Below are positions 24,865 through 36,947 of a stretch of DNA of 64,000 nucleotides, piece after piece (positions within the stretch are counted from its first letter, which is position 1; each line of letters starts with the position of its first letter). The DNA is taken from assembly GCA_964016885.1 (NCBI GenBank), contig OZ024740.1, positions 45,694,001 through 45,758,000 of the forward strand, given 5' to 3'. The notes beneath the pieces were generated by a model that ran no database searches, was not told the origin of the DNA, and saw nothing but the letters and a program-made list of their open reading frames with translations. A program made the position numbers and the translations under genes. Origin of the DNA: Eledone cirrhosa (taxonomy: Eukaryota).

Positions 24865-27800
24865 GGACATAGAAATAATCGGGCTGGATGCCCGATCGCG
24901 CAGTTAAACCACTGGGAGTGAAGAACCCCTAGCCCATGTCAGGGTATTCTTCTAGGAGAAGGCATCTCAGGAAACTGGGTTAACTCCGATATAAAACCTG
25001 CGGCTCAGTAGTTACCGATGATGTTGATCTTTTCTTCTTTTCGGGTTATAGCTACCGTCGCTCAGAGAGTGGGATTGGTTCAGTGCACAGTCTTTCCTCA
25101 CTTTAAAAATATTCGTCACGCACAGGCATTGCACGAGTGCATTAATAATTATTAATAGTGTATTATTATTATTTTTTTTTTTTTTAATTTATTTATTTAT
25201 TTATTTTTTTTTTTTTTCCCAATTCAATGATGTTCCAGAACAATGTAAACGAGATGATTGCCAATTTGGGTTCTGGAACAAAAGAGATCATTGGCAATAA
25301 GGGCAGGGGCCCCAAGTTATCACAACCTGGGCCCGCCCGTCATCGTGCCATTGTAATAGAGCCAAACAGGGCATTTAGTCTTGGCTGCTGGAACGTACGG
25401 ACGCTGCTTGACAGGGATTCTTTGGAGCGTCCTGAACGAAGGACCGCTCTTGTTGCGAAGGAGCTTCGACGTTACGATCTTGACATCGTGGCTTTGTCTG
25501 AGACGAGGTTAGCTGGAGATGGTCATCTTACGGAATTTTGTGGAGAATATACATTCTTCTGGAAAGGAAGAGATGAAGGAACCAGAAGAGAGGCTGGGGT
25601 AGGATTTGCTGTTAAGACTGTACTGGTGAATAAATTAGAAGAATTCCCAGTGGGGATTAGTGAGCGTCTTATGTCCATGAGAGTTCCGCTGGACAAGGGA
25701 AGATATGCTACCCTGGTGAGTGTGTATGCTCCAACTATGAATTCTGTCGATGAAGAAAAACTGTCCTTTTACCATGCCTTGAAAGGTGTTTTAAGAAATA
25801 TCCCTCAGGCAGACAAAGTCATCGTGCTTGGTGACTTTAATGCTAGAGTGGGTAGGGATTTTAACACATGGAATGTAATCGGAAGGCATGGGGTGGGAAA
25901 GTGTAACAGCAATGGTATGCTCTTGCTGCAGATGTGTGAGGAGCTGGATCTGTGTGTTACCAACACCATGTTCCAACAAAAGAACAAATTCAAGACCACA
26001 TGGATGCATCCTGCATCTAAGGAATGGCATCTTTTGGACTACGTCCTAGTCAGGATGCGTGACAGACAGGATGTGCGGTGTGTTCGTGTTCTTCGTGGAG
26101 CTGAGTGCTGGACGGACCACCGCCTGGTACGCGCAAAAGTGAATCTAATCACCAAACGTAAAATCCGGGCTCCTGGTGTTACCCTGCCCAAAAGATTGAA
26201 TGCTGCTCGTCTTAAGGATAAAAATGTGAAGAGGACATTGGAAGAAGAGATGCAGGCTGCAGATCTTGGTGAGGATTGGCCGACCCTTAAAAAGTCGGTT
26301 TACGATGTAGGCAGACGTGTTCTGGGATTGGTGCAGAGAAAACATCAGGACTGGTTTAATGAGAAAGATGTGCATATAGATGACTTGTTGGCTGATAAGA
26401 GGCGCGCTCTGTCACGCTACTTGACGGCAAGACCACAGGAGAGGAATACGTTGCATGAGGAGCTCAGGGATGTAAAATCACGTGTTAGGCGGAGTCTTTC
26501 TCAGATGAAGGATCAGTGGTGGAGTGAGAAGGCTGGTGAGATACAAACTGCGTCTGATTGCAATAACACAAAGCTGTTGTACAGTCTCTTGCGTGAGGTT
26601 TATGGACCGTCTTCTTCTCTGGTGACACCGATTCGCAGCAGGGATGGCAAAGAACTTCTTCGTGACTCACAGGGAATTCTACGAAGGTGGCGAGAGCACT
26701 TTGATGATCTTTTGAATCAGCCGTCTGTCGTCAGTGAAGATTTCCTCAATCTCATTCCGGAAAGTCCTGTGAAAGTAGCTCTCGCAGAGCCTCCGACACT
26801 TGTGGAGGTTGCAGTGGCTATTTCGAAGCTGAACAGTGGAAGATCTCCAGGTATGGATGGCATACATGCTGAGCTCCTACAATATGGTGGTGAGAGACTC
26901 CTGCAACATCTTCACTCTCTGTTTGGAAGGATATGGGCTAATGAATCCGTGCCTGAGGACTGGAGAGATGCAGTAATGGTGGTCTTGTACAAGGGAAAGG
27001 GTAACAGGAATGATTGTGGGAACTACAGAGGTATATCATTGCTTTCTGTCGTGGGGAAAGTTTTATGTAGGGTGCTTCTGGACCGTCTGCTGACACACAT
27101 TGCAGATTGTGTCCTTCCTGAAAGTCAATCTGGTTTTCGTGTTGGACGCGGCACTACTGATATGATCTTCTCAGCTAGACAGCTCCAGGAGAAGTGCATT
27201 GAACAGGGCTTGGATCTGTATCAGGTTTTTGTCGATCTGACAAAGGCTTTCGATACTGTCAACAGAGATGCATTATGGAAGGTTCTCCAGAAACTTGGTT
27301 GCCCTGATAAGTTCCTTGCTTTAGTTAGGTCTTTCCATGACGACATGAAGGCTTGGGTTAATGTCGGAGGTAACATGTCGGAGCCTATCTCAGTAAAAAA
27401 TGGAGTGAAACAGGGGGATATTCCAGCACCGACCCTGTTTGCCATATACTTTGCAATGGTTTTCTGTATTGCATTCAGGAATTGCGAGCATGGTGTTTAC
27501 ATCCGATATCGAACCTCAGGCAGCATATTTAACATCAGGCGCTTTGCTGCGAAGACAAAAGTATTTACATCAGTCATAAGAGACCTCTTGTATGCAGATG
27601 ATTGCGATCTTGTAGCGCACACAGAGAGTGATATGCAGCACATTTTGAATGTATTTTCTGACGCTTGCACTGCCCTGGGTTTGACTGTCAGTCTCAAGAA
27701 AACCGTCGTCATGTACCAACCTGCACCTGGTAGGCAGTGCACTGAACCAAACATCTATGTGTATGGCAAACGACTTGGAGTGGTTGATCAGTTTGTCTAC

Positions 27801-28780
27801 CTGGGAAGCACTGTCAATCGATACGGCAACCTTGACAGTGAAATCTCACTTAGGATTAGGAAAGCAAGTGATGCTTTCGGAAAGCTAGAAAGGCGACTCT
27901 GGGGTCGGCGAGACATATGCAGGAGGACAAAGGTAAAGGTGTACAGGGCATGTGTACTCTCTTGTCTTCTTTATGCCTGCGAGACCTGGGTCACATATCG
28001 ACGCCACCTTAAGCAATTGGAGCGTTTCCATCAGATGTGTCTCAGACGGATACATGGCGTTCGCTGGAGGGACCACATCAGTGATGTCGAGATTTTGGAA
28101 AGCTCTATGTGTGACAGTATAGAAGCTCTTGTGCTTAAGCAGCGACTCCGTTGGAGTGGTCACCTTGCCAGGATGAAGGATTCTAGAATACCAAAACAAC
28201 TCTTCTATGGAGAGTTGGTTAAAGGAAAACGACCGCCACATAAACCAAAAAAGAGGTATAAGGATTCCTTGAAGGCCTCTCTGAGAGACGCTAACATCTC
28301 TGCTGATACATGGGAAAATGTTGCTGCTGATCGTAATAAATGGAGAAAGACTGTATATGAGGGAAAAGTTGCCTTTGAGGCATCTCGAATCGCACACGAG
28401 AAAGTAAAGCGGGACGTGAGGAAGGGTATTGCTGTTGCACTTCCAGACGGCGAGGGTCCTCCTATGTTTCTGACATGCAGCGTCTGTGCGAGACTCTGCC
28501 TAAGCAAAGCTGGACTCGAAAGTCATCTTCGCAGTCATAAAGTAAGACCAGTGGTTGACTACCAGGCTGCTGTTGGAGATGCTACTCATCATGCTTGCCA
28601 AACATGTGGTAGAGAATGTAAATCAGCAGGAGGACTCAAGCGACATGCAAAAGTACACGAACTCCAACCACAGCCGACTATTCCCAGTAAATGTTTTGGT
28701 TGCCGACTCTGTGCAAGACATTTTGGATCATTGGCTGGGCTAAAAAGCCACATTCGATCGCAGCACTGTTAGTTGCTATC

Positions 28781-28822
<42 letters not shown>

Positions 28823-28901
28823 GCTTATGTGCGTGCGTGTGTGTGTATATATATATGAATATGTATATTATTATTGTTGTTGTCGTTATTATTATTATTG
28901 C

Positions 28902-28938
<37 letters not shown>

Positions 28939-29780
28939 TTTTTTTTTTTTTTTTTTTTTTGTGCAATGGCCATACTCGATAACGAGGGGGCAGCCATCAT
29001 GTATATATGTATGAATGTATGTATGTATGTATGTATGTATGTATGTATGTATGTATGTATGTATGTATGTGTGTATGTATGTATGTATGTGTGTATGTAT
29101 ATATGTATGAATGTATGTATATATGTATGCATGTATGTATGTATGTATGTATGTATGTATGTATGTATGTATGTATGTGTGTATGTATATATGTATGAAT
29201 GTATGTATGTATGTATGTATGTATGTATGTATGTATGTGTGTATGTATGAATGTATGTGTGTATGTATATATGTATGAATGTATGTATGTATGTATGTAT
29301 GTATGTGTGTATGTATGTATGTATGTATGTATGTATATATGTATGAATGTATATATGTATGCATGTATGTATGTATGTATGTATGTATGTATGTATGTAT
29401 GTATGTATGTATGTATGTGTGTATGTATGTATGTATGTATGTATGTATGTATGTATGTATGTATGTATGTATGTATGTATGTATGCGTGTATGTATGTAT
29501 ATATGTATGAATGTATGTATGTATGTGTGTGTGTGTATGCGTGTATGTATGTATGTATGTGCGTATGTACGTATGTATGTATGTATGAATGTATGTATGT
29601 ATGTATGTGTGTGTGTATGTATGTATGTATGTATGTATGTATGTGTGTATGTATGTATGAATGTATGTATGTATGTGTGTGTGTGTATGCGTGTATGTAT
29701 GTATGTATGTGCGTATGTACGTATGTATGTATGTATGTATGTATGTATGTATGTATGTATGTATGTATGTATGTATGTGT
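24865..29780 (+). mobile_element. RTE-clade LINE with intact ORF, 5'UTR, 3' stem-loop and long (TATG)n tail
   Basis: Single long ORF with a UTR upstream. 3' end TGGCCATACTCGATAACGAGGGGGCAGCCATC is followed by ~780 bp of (TATG)n. Confidence 0.9.
25227..28772 (+). CDS. RTE LINE polyprotein: AP endonuclease + reverse transcriptase + three C2H2 zinc fingers (1181 aa)
   Basis: APE motifs WNVRTL, LSETR, YAPT, GDFNARVG, LDY, TDHRLV. RT motifs NYRGISLL, QSGFR, DLTKAFD, GVKQG, YADD, YLGS. C2H2 motifs CSVC..HLRSH, CQTC..HAKVH, CRLC..HIRSQH. No stops. True start codon uncertain. Confidence 0.95.
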   Translation: MMFQNNVNEMIANLGSGTKEIIGNKGRGPKLSQPGPARHRAIVIEPNRAFSLGCWNVRTLLDRDSLERPERRTALVAKELRRYDLDIVALSETRLAGDGHLTEFCGEYTFFWKGRDEGTRREAGVGFAVKTVLVNKLEEFPVGISERLMSMRVPLDKGRYATLVSVYAPTMNSVDEEKLSFYHALKGVLRNIPQADKVIVLGDFNARVGRDFNTWNVIGRHGVGKCNSNGMLLLQMCEELDLCVTNTMFQQKNKFKTTWMHPASKEWHLLDYVLVRMRDRQDVRCVRVLRGAECWTDHRLVRAKVNLITKRKIRAPGVTLPKRLNAARLKDKNVKRTLEEEMQAADLGEDWPTLKKSVYDVGRRVLGLVQRKHQDWFNEKDVHIDDLLADKRRALSRYLTARPQERNTLHEELRDVKSRVRRSLSQMKDQWWSEKAGEIQTASDCNNTKLLYSLLREVYGPSSSLVTPIRSRDGKELLRDSQGILRRWREHFDDLLNQPSVVSEDFLNLIPESPVKVALAEPPTLVEVAVAISKLNSGRSPGMDGIHAELLQYGGERLLQHLHSLFGRIWANESVPEDWRDAVMVVLYKGKGNRNDCGNYRGISLLSVVGKVLCRVLLDRLLTHIADCVLPESQSGFRVGRGTTDMIFSARQLQEKCIEQGLDLYQVFVDLTKAFDTVNRDALWKVLQKLGCPDKFLALVRSFHDDMKAWVNVGGNMSEPISVKNGVKQGDIPAPTLFAIYFAMVFCIAFRNCEHGVYIRYRTSGSIFNIRRFAAKTKVFTSVIRDLLYADDCDLVAHTESDMQHILNVFSDACTALGLTVSLKKTVVMYQPAPGRQCTEPNIYVYGKRLGVVDQFVYLGSTVNRYGNLDSEISLRIRKASDAFGKLERRLWGRRDICRRTKVKVYRACVLSCLLYACETWVTYRRHLKQLERFHQMCLRRIHGVRWRDHISDVEILESSMCDSIEALVLKQRLRWSGHLARMKDSRIPKQLFYGELVKGKRPPHKPKKRYKDSLKASLRDANISADTWENVAADRNKWRKTVYEGKVAFEASRIAHEKVKRDVRKGIAVALPDGEGPPMFLTCSVCARLCLSKAGLESHLRSHKVRPVVDYQAAVGDATHHACQTCGRECKSAGGLKRHAKVHELQPQPTIPSKCFGCRLCARHFGSLAGLKSHIRSQHC

Positions 29781-30592
29781 GTGTCTGTCTATGTGTATGC
29801 GTATCTGTATGTGTGTCTCTGTGTGTGCGTATCTGTGTGTGTGTTTGTATATTTGTATGTGTGTGTGTGCGCGCGCGCACTGTGTGTCTGTGTCTGTGTG
29901 TATGTCTGTGTCTTTGTGTGTATGAGTGTTTGTATGTACGTCTGTCTGTGAGTGTGTCTGTTGTGCATGTATGTGTGTTTCTGTGTGTGCGTGTCAGAAT
30001 GTGTGTTTCTGTGTGTGCGTGTCTGTATGTGTGCCTCTGTGTGTGTGTGTGTGTGTGTGTGTGAGTGTGTCAACGAAAAGCTTCATCTGTTATTCTATAA
30101 TTATTCGACTCAATCATAGGCTGAGAGAAACGAAATAAAAATAGTCTACTTATCGTATGTAAATCAACATTTCTGCTTTTATTGGATAGATAATTGCACA
30201 CAACATTTGTAATATTAATCAAAGCTAACTAACAAGCAAATGCCGCCATCTTGAAAACACATCTCTGAAAAATTAAATTTCAGAAATAGATCTTTTCTTT
30301 TTTAAGTCATTAATTAAATATGTGAATATTTTCATCTAAGAATTCAATTTATTTTCGTATATAGTTTTTGGCTTTTGAGTGCGTTAAAGGCCCGTGTAGA
30401 ATACCATGTGTAATTCAGTACATTGTTTATTGAAGTATAGACTGACTCTTTGTTATGTCAAGGGTATCCCACATTGGTCGATATCGCTCCACTGACGGGT
30501 CGATAGGAATTCAATATATTACATCATTCGCCACTTGGGGACTCGCTGGATGGGAGTTTGCATCTCCTCAGCCATATTCACATATATTACAC

Positions 30593-30626
<34 letters not shown>

Positions 30627-30839
30627 GAACACACACGCACACACGCGCATACACATACATACACACATCACTCGCACACACACACACACACACACGCACA
30701 TGTATAAACATGAATAGTAGGAATAAAAAATATATGCTTAATAATATACACAAAATATTTGTATACATACATACATCCATACATACATGCATACATAGGA
30801 GCCCATCTATTGAGCAAGCCTGTCTACATGAAACATAAA

Positions 30840-31720
30840 ATCATGAGAGTTGGGGAGGAACTCCTTGAAAGATACTTCCTGCATGTTAATCAAAAATTCA
30901 CACAGGGAAGTTGCCCAGCAGTACCGCAGTGAATTCATGGATGAAAAACTGCATGCATATCAGCAAAAAATCATGCATGGATATGTTGTCAGGAAGCTCC
31001 AGTAAGGAAAGTAGTCTATCTTGGACAAACAACCGCTATGCTGGCTCCCACTTTGAAGGATACGCTTTTTGAAATCCAAGAAGAGGAAATCAATACAAAA
31101 TACCTGATTCACAAAAGAGATAGGGATAAAGGCAAAACACCTAGATTTGCCAACAAATGCAGACTCTGCAGAATTAACATCGAAGATGTCACCCATGTCA
31201 TAGGCAGCTGTCCAAAGATGTTATCGCGGTACTATTTACCTATGAGGCATAATGTGGTGGCCAAAAAAGTATACAATGCAATCTGTAGAAAAGATAGCCC
31301 GACAACAAACACATTAAAAGCTACAGCAATGTGGAAGAAATACATATACATAATATAAAAGAGTACTGGTGGAATGTTCCAGTAAAAACCCCAATAAAAT
31401 GCAGGAATAACAGACCAGATATAATGATATGTTACAGGAAAAAGAAGACATGCACAGTAATGGAAGTCAGTTGCCCAGCAGATGCCAATATAATATCAAA
31501 GAATAGCCAAAAGAAGAATATTTATGCAGAACTGATGAGAAATCTGCAGATACTCCACCCTGATTATACCTTCAGATTTATGCCTGTGATTATTGGGGCA
31601 CTGGGATATGTTAGTAACTGACTAGGTACAAATCTTGAGAAGCTGGGCTTCACAGAAACATAAAGAATACGACTAGTTAGAAAATTACAAGTACAATCCA
31701 TTAATGGAACAGTAAAAATA
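30840..31720 (+). mobile_element. 3' fragment of a restriction-like-endonuclease (R4/NeSL-type) non-LTR retrotransposon
   Basis: CRLC....EDVTHVIGSC (CCHC), RHNVVA, NRPDIMI...MEVSCP (PD-D/E), K..IY, VIIGALG. Frameshifted near 31340. Confidence 0.85.
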
Positions 31721-32834
31721 TCGATGGTTGCAACGATGGTTGCTAAACACTGTACGGCTTAATTCGGGCTGTTTGTTTACAAACAAACCGAACATTATAA
31801 TAAATGTTTGGTAAACCCATACGTACATATAAATATGTGTGCATGTATGTATATATATACATACTACTGTACGTCTGTATACATATATGTATGTACGTAT
31901 ACATACTTATATTTAAGTAACAGTCGTACTAAGAGTGAGAAATGAAATTTCGTTTCATTTTTTGCATTTATCGTTTTCGGTGCGCCCGGCTGATTAACTC
32001 ACTCGATATGCAAATTAGGCTGCTCAGCCGTTAATATGCATAAGGAAAGTATATACTTTCAGACGTTCAATCATCTGGCAGGAAGGTATACGGTGCTGAC
32101 CATAGCTAATAAGCTTGAAACTAGTACATCGTTCCTTTGTCGGTGTTGAACAAAAGGGCAACGATGGTTGCTAAACACTGTACGGCTTAATTCGGGATGT
32201 TTGTTTACAAACACACCGAGCATTATAATAAATGTTCGGTAAATCCATACGTACATATATATATGTGTGCATGTATGTATATATATACATACTACTGTAC
32301 GTCTGTATACATATATGTATGTACGTATACATACTTAGATATATATATTAGTATATACTATGTAACATTTGATATTTAATATACCACTATATCTGTACCG
32401 CTCCACCCTCACGCCCTTAGACCCCAGCGCCCCTGGACCTTCTCACCCCCCCCCCCCCCCCCTCCGAGAGTGGCAGCGTCTACTTTGAGAACCTCTGATC
32501 TATAGCAATACCAACATTCCCTGCTGCTCTGTGTATTTGGCTGTTTACATCTTCTTCATATGTTTTCTTTCCTTTTTTTCCGACTTTTTATTATTATTAA
32601 TTTGTCTCTTACAAATCATAAACGTTTATAATTCTTTCTACGTTTGGCACAAGGCCAGCAATTACCCAGTACATTACTGGTACTTTATTTTATCGACCCC
32701 GTAAGGATGAAAGGCAAAGTTAACCTCGGCAGGATTTGAACTCAGATCAGAAAGGGGCGTAACTCTGTGCTACAAAGCATGTTGTCCGCCCCTCTACCGA
32801 TACTGCCAAACCACCACCCTAAACATAAACGTTT

Positions 32835-33390
32835 ATAATACCAAAGGTGTTGTAGTGGTGGCTGTCATGTGTGGTTTATATAACACACAAGAGGGAATTT
32901 GTGACTGGTGGGGGTTGTAGTGGTGCTCATTATATGGGGGTTTATATAATTTGCTACATGTCAAAGGTAATTGTGACTATGTTGAAGTGGTGACAATTAT
33001 GTATGGTTTATATAATTTACAACACACCAGAGGTAACATGTAGGGTGTTTAGTTGAAGCAGTTATGTGTGGTTGATACAATTTACTGCACAATAAAAGTA
33101 GTATTTTTGTGGAGTTGGGGGGTTGTAGTGGTGGCAGTTATGTGAGGTTTACATAGTTTACTACACATCATAGATAACTGTGGGTGTTTAGTCGAAGCAG
33201 TTATATGTGTCGTTGATATGATTTACTACACAACAGAGGGAGCCTAGGGTGTTGTAGTGGTGACAGAGTTAATTGTGGTTATGCTGTTGTGGTAACAGTT
33301 TTGTGTGGTTGATATAACTTAGTACACATCGGACGTGTTGTAGTGGTGGGAGGTGTTGTAGTCGGGGAAGTTATATGGGTTGTATATAAA
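32835..33390. repeat. Degenerate ~60-70-bp tandem repeat
   Basis: Recurrent GTTGTAGTGGTG.CAGTTATGTGTGGTT.ATATAATTTACTACAC. Confidence 0.7.
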
Positions 33391-34033
33391 TGTGAAACAA
33401 TTATATAACAAAATAATGACTTAACAAAATAGAACAACACGATAGAGCAAGGGTCTCAAAAGTTGTCGTTATCGAACTCCAAGTATCCATGAGACTACCT
33501 GGGAGGTTCGAATGAGTTTTGGGGCTAAAACCTAACATTTGTTTAAGAAATTATAATACATAAAATAATTGTTTCTACTTTTTGGTACAAGGCCAGCAAT
33601 TACCTCAGTGCAACACTGGTACTTTATTTTATCAGTGTTGCACTGGGGTAATTGCTGGCCTTGTTCCAAAATCTATCAATCAATTTCCTGCAACTGGTGC
33701 AGCCAGTCATTGATACGATAGTCTAGGCGTTTGACTGTGTCCATCATGGCATTTCAGTGGGCCTTAGAAATGCTTGGCGGTGCCTATCTCATCTCCATGT
33801 GTCCAGTCCCTCACTAAATTTAACCTTCCAGCAGAAGTAGTCATCGGGATGCAGCTGAAAAATGTCCTAGAGCTGGATGTGAGTCAGATGAGAACTAAAG
33901 TTCCCGTCCATCCCTAAGGACCATCAATATATTCTCTCTATCCGAACAGCCTTGCTTTTGAAACAATGTTTCTTTAAATCCGGTATTTAAAGTTCAATTA
34001 TATATACAGATACACATATATACATACATACAT

Positions 34034-34084
<51 letters not shown>

Positions 34085-34123
34085 ACCCCCCCTCTCTCGT
34101 CCACACCGCTCTCACCCGCGCCC

Positions 34124-34792
34124 GTGCTATCCCCCGCTCCACCACCCTCACCCCACGCCACCGCACACCCACCCACCGTCTCCCCTTCCCCATCACCTAC
34201 CACCCCTCCACCTTACCCCTCCACCGCACCATCCGCCGCCTCTTCCGACGCCTCCAGTCCGACCCCCCCACCTCCCACATCTTCCCAACCCCACCACTCC
34301 CCTCCTTCAAACGCGCACGCAATCTCCGCACCCTCCTCGTCCACAGCTCCCCCCAACCCACGCTCCCCCCCCCCCGGTTCCTTCCCTTGTTCTAGGCCCC
34401 GCTGCAACACCTGTCCCCACATCACCAACACCACCACCTTCCAGGGTCCCAACGGCCACCCTCTCTCGGTCCGGCATGCCTTCCGCTGCACCTCCTCCAA
34501 CCTAGTCTACGGACTTCGTTGCACGGAGTGCAGCGCGACTTATGTCGGACAGACGGGACGTCGCCTGGCGGACCGAGTCACGGAGCACCTCCGGGACATT
34601 CGTCTCGGGGGCAGTTCCCCCATCGCCCGCCACTTTGGTGGCCCTGGACACTCCGCACGCCATCTCACAGTCTGTGGCCTACTCCAGTGCCACGGAACAC
34701 CCGCCCATCGCCTTACGGTCGAACAACGTACTATCTTCATCTTACAGATCCACACTCCCTCCGGCCTGAACTCCCCACCCTTATTCCTTTAG
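34124..34792 (+). CDS. GIY-YIG endonuclease domain of a Penelope-like element (no RT in this copy)
   Basis: CSRPRCNTC linker, NLVYGLRCTECSATYVGQTGRRL..R..EH, IARHF, E, PSGLN. Start is probably not a real initiation site. Confidence 0.85.
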   Translation: MLSPAPPPSPHATAHPPTVSPSPSPTTPPPYPSTAPSAASSDASSPTPPPPTSSQPHHSPPSNAHAISAPSSSTAPPNPRSPPPGSFPCSRPRCNTCPHITNTTTFQGPNGHPLSVRHAFRCTSSNLVYGLRCTECSATYVGQTGRRLADRVTEHLRDIRLGGSSPIARHFGGPGHSARHLTVCGLLQCHGTPAHRLTVEQRTIFILQIHTPSGLNSPPLFL

Positions 34793-36137
34793 CGTTCGAC
34801 CGCCCCCCTCCCCCCACACTTATCCCCCACTAACACCACTAACACACCCCTCCTTTTTACCGCCCACCCCACACTAACAATACTAACACCTCCACTCCAC
34901 CCCTCATCTGACCACCCTTCCCCAACTAACATACTAACATCCCTTCCCTCCCCTCTTCTCCCCCCTCCTTATCACACGCACACACGCACCCACTTACACC
35001 ACCCACCCCACACGCAACTAACATCACTAACACCCTCCAACCCCACGCACACGTACCCACACACCCTCGTACACCACCAACTCTACACACCCTACCCCCA
35101 CTAACCCCCACTCACACCTGCATTCCACCCCTCCCCACCTCCCGTATACTAACACCCACTAACACCTCTTCACCAAACTACACACACACCAGTACACCAC
35201 ACTCCCTCCATAGAACCACACACACCCTTCTCTCCCCGCTCCACACTCACTCATCCCACTAACACCCCTACTAATACACACACACACGCACACACACACA
35301 CCCTCCTCACTCCAACTCTCACACCTACCCATCCTCGCTTCCCTACCATTCCGCCGACTGTTGCTATGCCCTTCCGACCACTGTTTCAGCACCAACTGAC
35401 CACAGCACTTCCACTGCTGACCACTTCCTGTTACGCGCGCACCCCACATCTCTCCTCTTCCGACCACCGCTTCTTGGATTACCCACACGCGTTATTGACT
35501 TCCAACCAAAATCTCCATACATCCGTGTAACTTACCACTTTTCAACCATCCTCTTACACCACCACCTATATAACTCACCCACACACACACCCCAAAAAAA
35601 TTTGTTTTATCCACACGCCACCCACACCCACAACACGCTTAAACCACACACACGTGCTTCCCACCACATATTTACACCCTCAGCCCCCTGATTCCTCTCC
35701 CCCCACCCCCCTATCCACACACGCACATACCCTCCGACCCACAAAAACACCCCCCACACACACCTTCCTGAACATGCAACCCCGTTCTTCCCCCAACCCT
35801 CACTTTCACATACACACACACACACACACGCACACCTAACCCCACACACCACCTTCAGCCCTCCCTGCTCGGACACCCCGTCTCCCTCTCCCCACTCCAC
35901 CCACCACGACCTCTACTCACCCCACACCCTTCCACCACCTGTTTACCCCCCTTTTAATTTCAGTTTATTTTGATCATGCCTTTATTTTTAAATTTTCTCA
36001 TTCCTTGTATTTTGATCATGCTTTATTTTTATTTATTATTTATTATATTTTTGTCTTTATTTGTTAATTTTTCATTCGCACCGTTTCCTTTCGCTATATG
36101 TCTCTCCACCACTCCCCTACACACCTTTTGAACTCTC

Positions 36138-36169
36138 ACCTGAAGAAGGGCTTATGCCCGAAACGTCGT
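36138..36169 (+). ncRNA. Minimal type I hammerhead ribozyme of the Penelope pseudo-LTR
   Basis: AC-CTGAAGA-A-GGGC-TTAT-GCCC-GAAA-CG-TC-GT: core boxes, stem II and a short palindromic stem III. Predicted cleavage after C36167. Confidence 0.8.
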
Positions 36170-36255
36170 CCCCCACCTACCCCCCACTCTCCTGAGCGTG
36201 AATTTAATAAACATTTATCGTACTGCCTCTCTGTTCTGTCCCTGTTCAATTTTTC

Positions 36256-36317
<62 letters not shown>

Positions 36318-36893
36318 ATCGTTTCTGTGTCAGTGTTGAACAAAAAGGTGACGTGGTTGCCTAAACACTGTACGGCGTAATTCGGGCTGTTTGTTTGTTT
36401 ACAAACAAACAAACCGAGCATTATAATAGATGTTCAGTAAACTGATACGTGCATATATATGTGTGTGCATGTATGTATATATATATACATACTACTGTAC
36501 GTCTGTATACATATATATATGTACGTATACATACATACATTTAAGTAAGTGCCGTACTAAGAGTGAGAAATGAAATTTCGTTTCATTCTATTCCATGTAT
36601 ATATATATATAACTAACCAGGGTTGCGTATGCAACACTCTAATCAGTAAGCGATGATACGATTAAGTTCAACCACTTAACGTCATGTGCCCCCTTATTGG
36701 TAGCCAGCATTACATTAGAAATCTTGCATAACAACCTTATTACTTAAGGTGCAATATGATGAAGTTGGGTTGCTGGTTGCGTGATGGCAACATTACGTAA
36801 TTATTAATGCCACAGAAATTTGTATTACACCAGATTATAAATAAACTGAACTATGAATATCTACATCTGGCCGCCCTCGCAAGTATCATTATC

Positions 36894-36947
<54 letters not shown>

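Larger units (their letters stand above)
34081..36257 (+). mobile_element. 5'-truncated Penelope-like element (Neptune-type) embedded in (TA)n
   Basis: GIY-YIG endonuclease ORF, long C-rich 3' region, and a hammerhead motif at 36138-36169. (TA)n on both sides. Confidence 0.85.
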
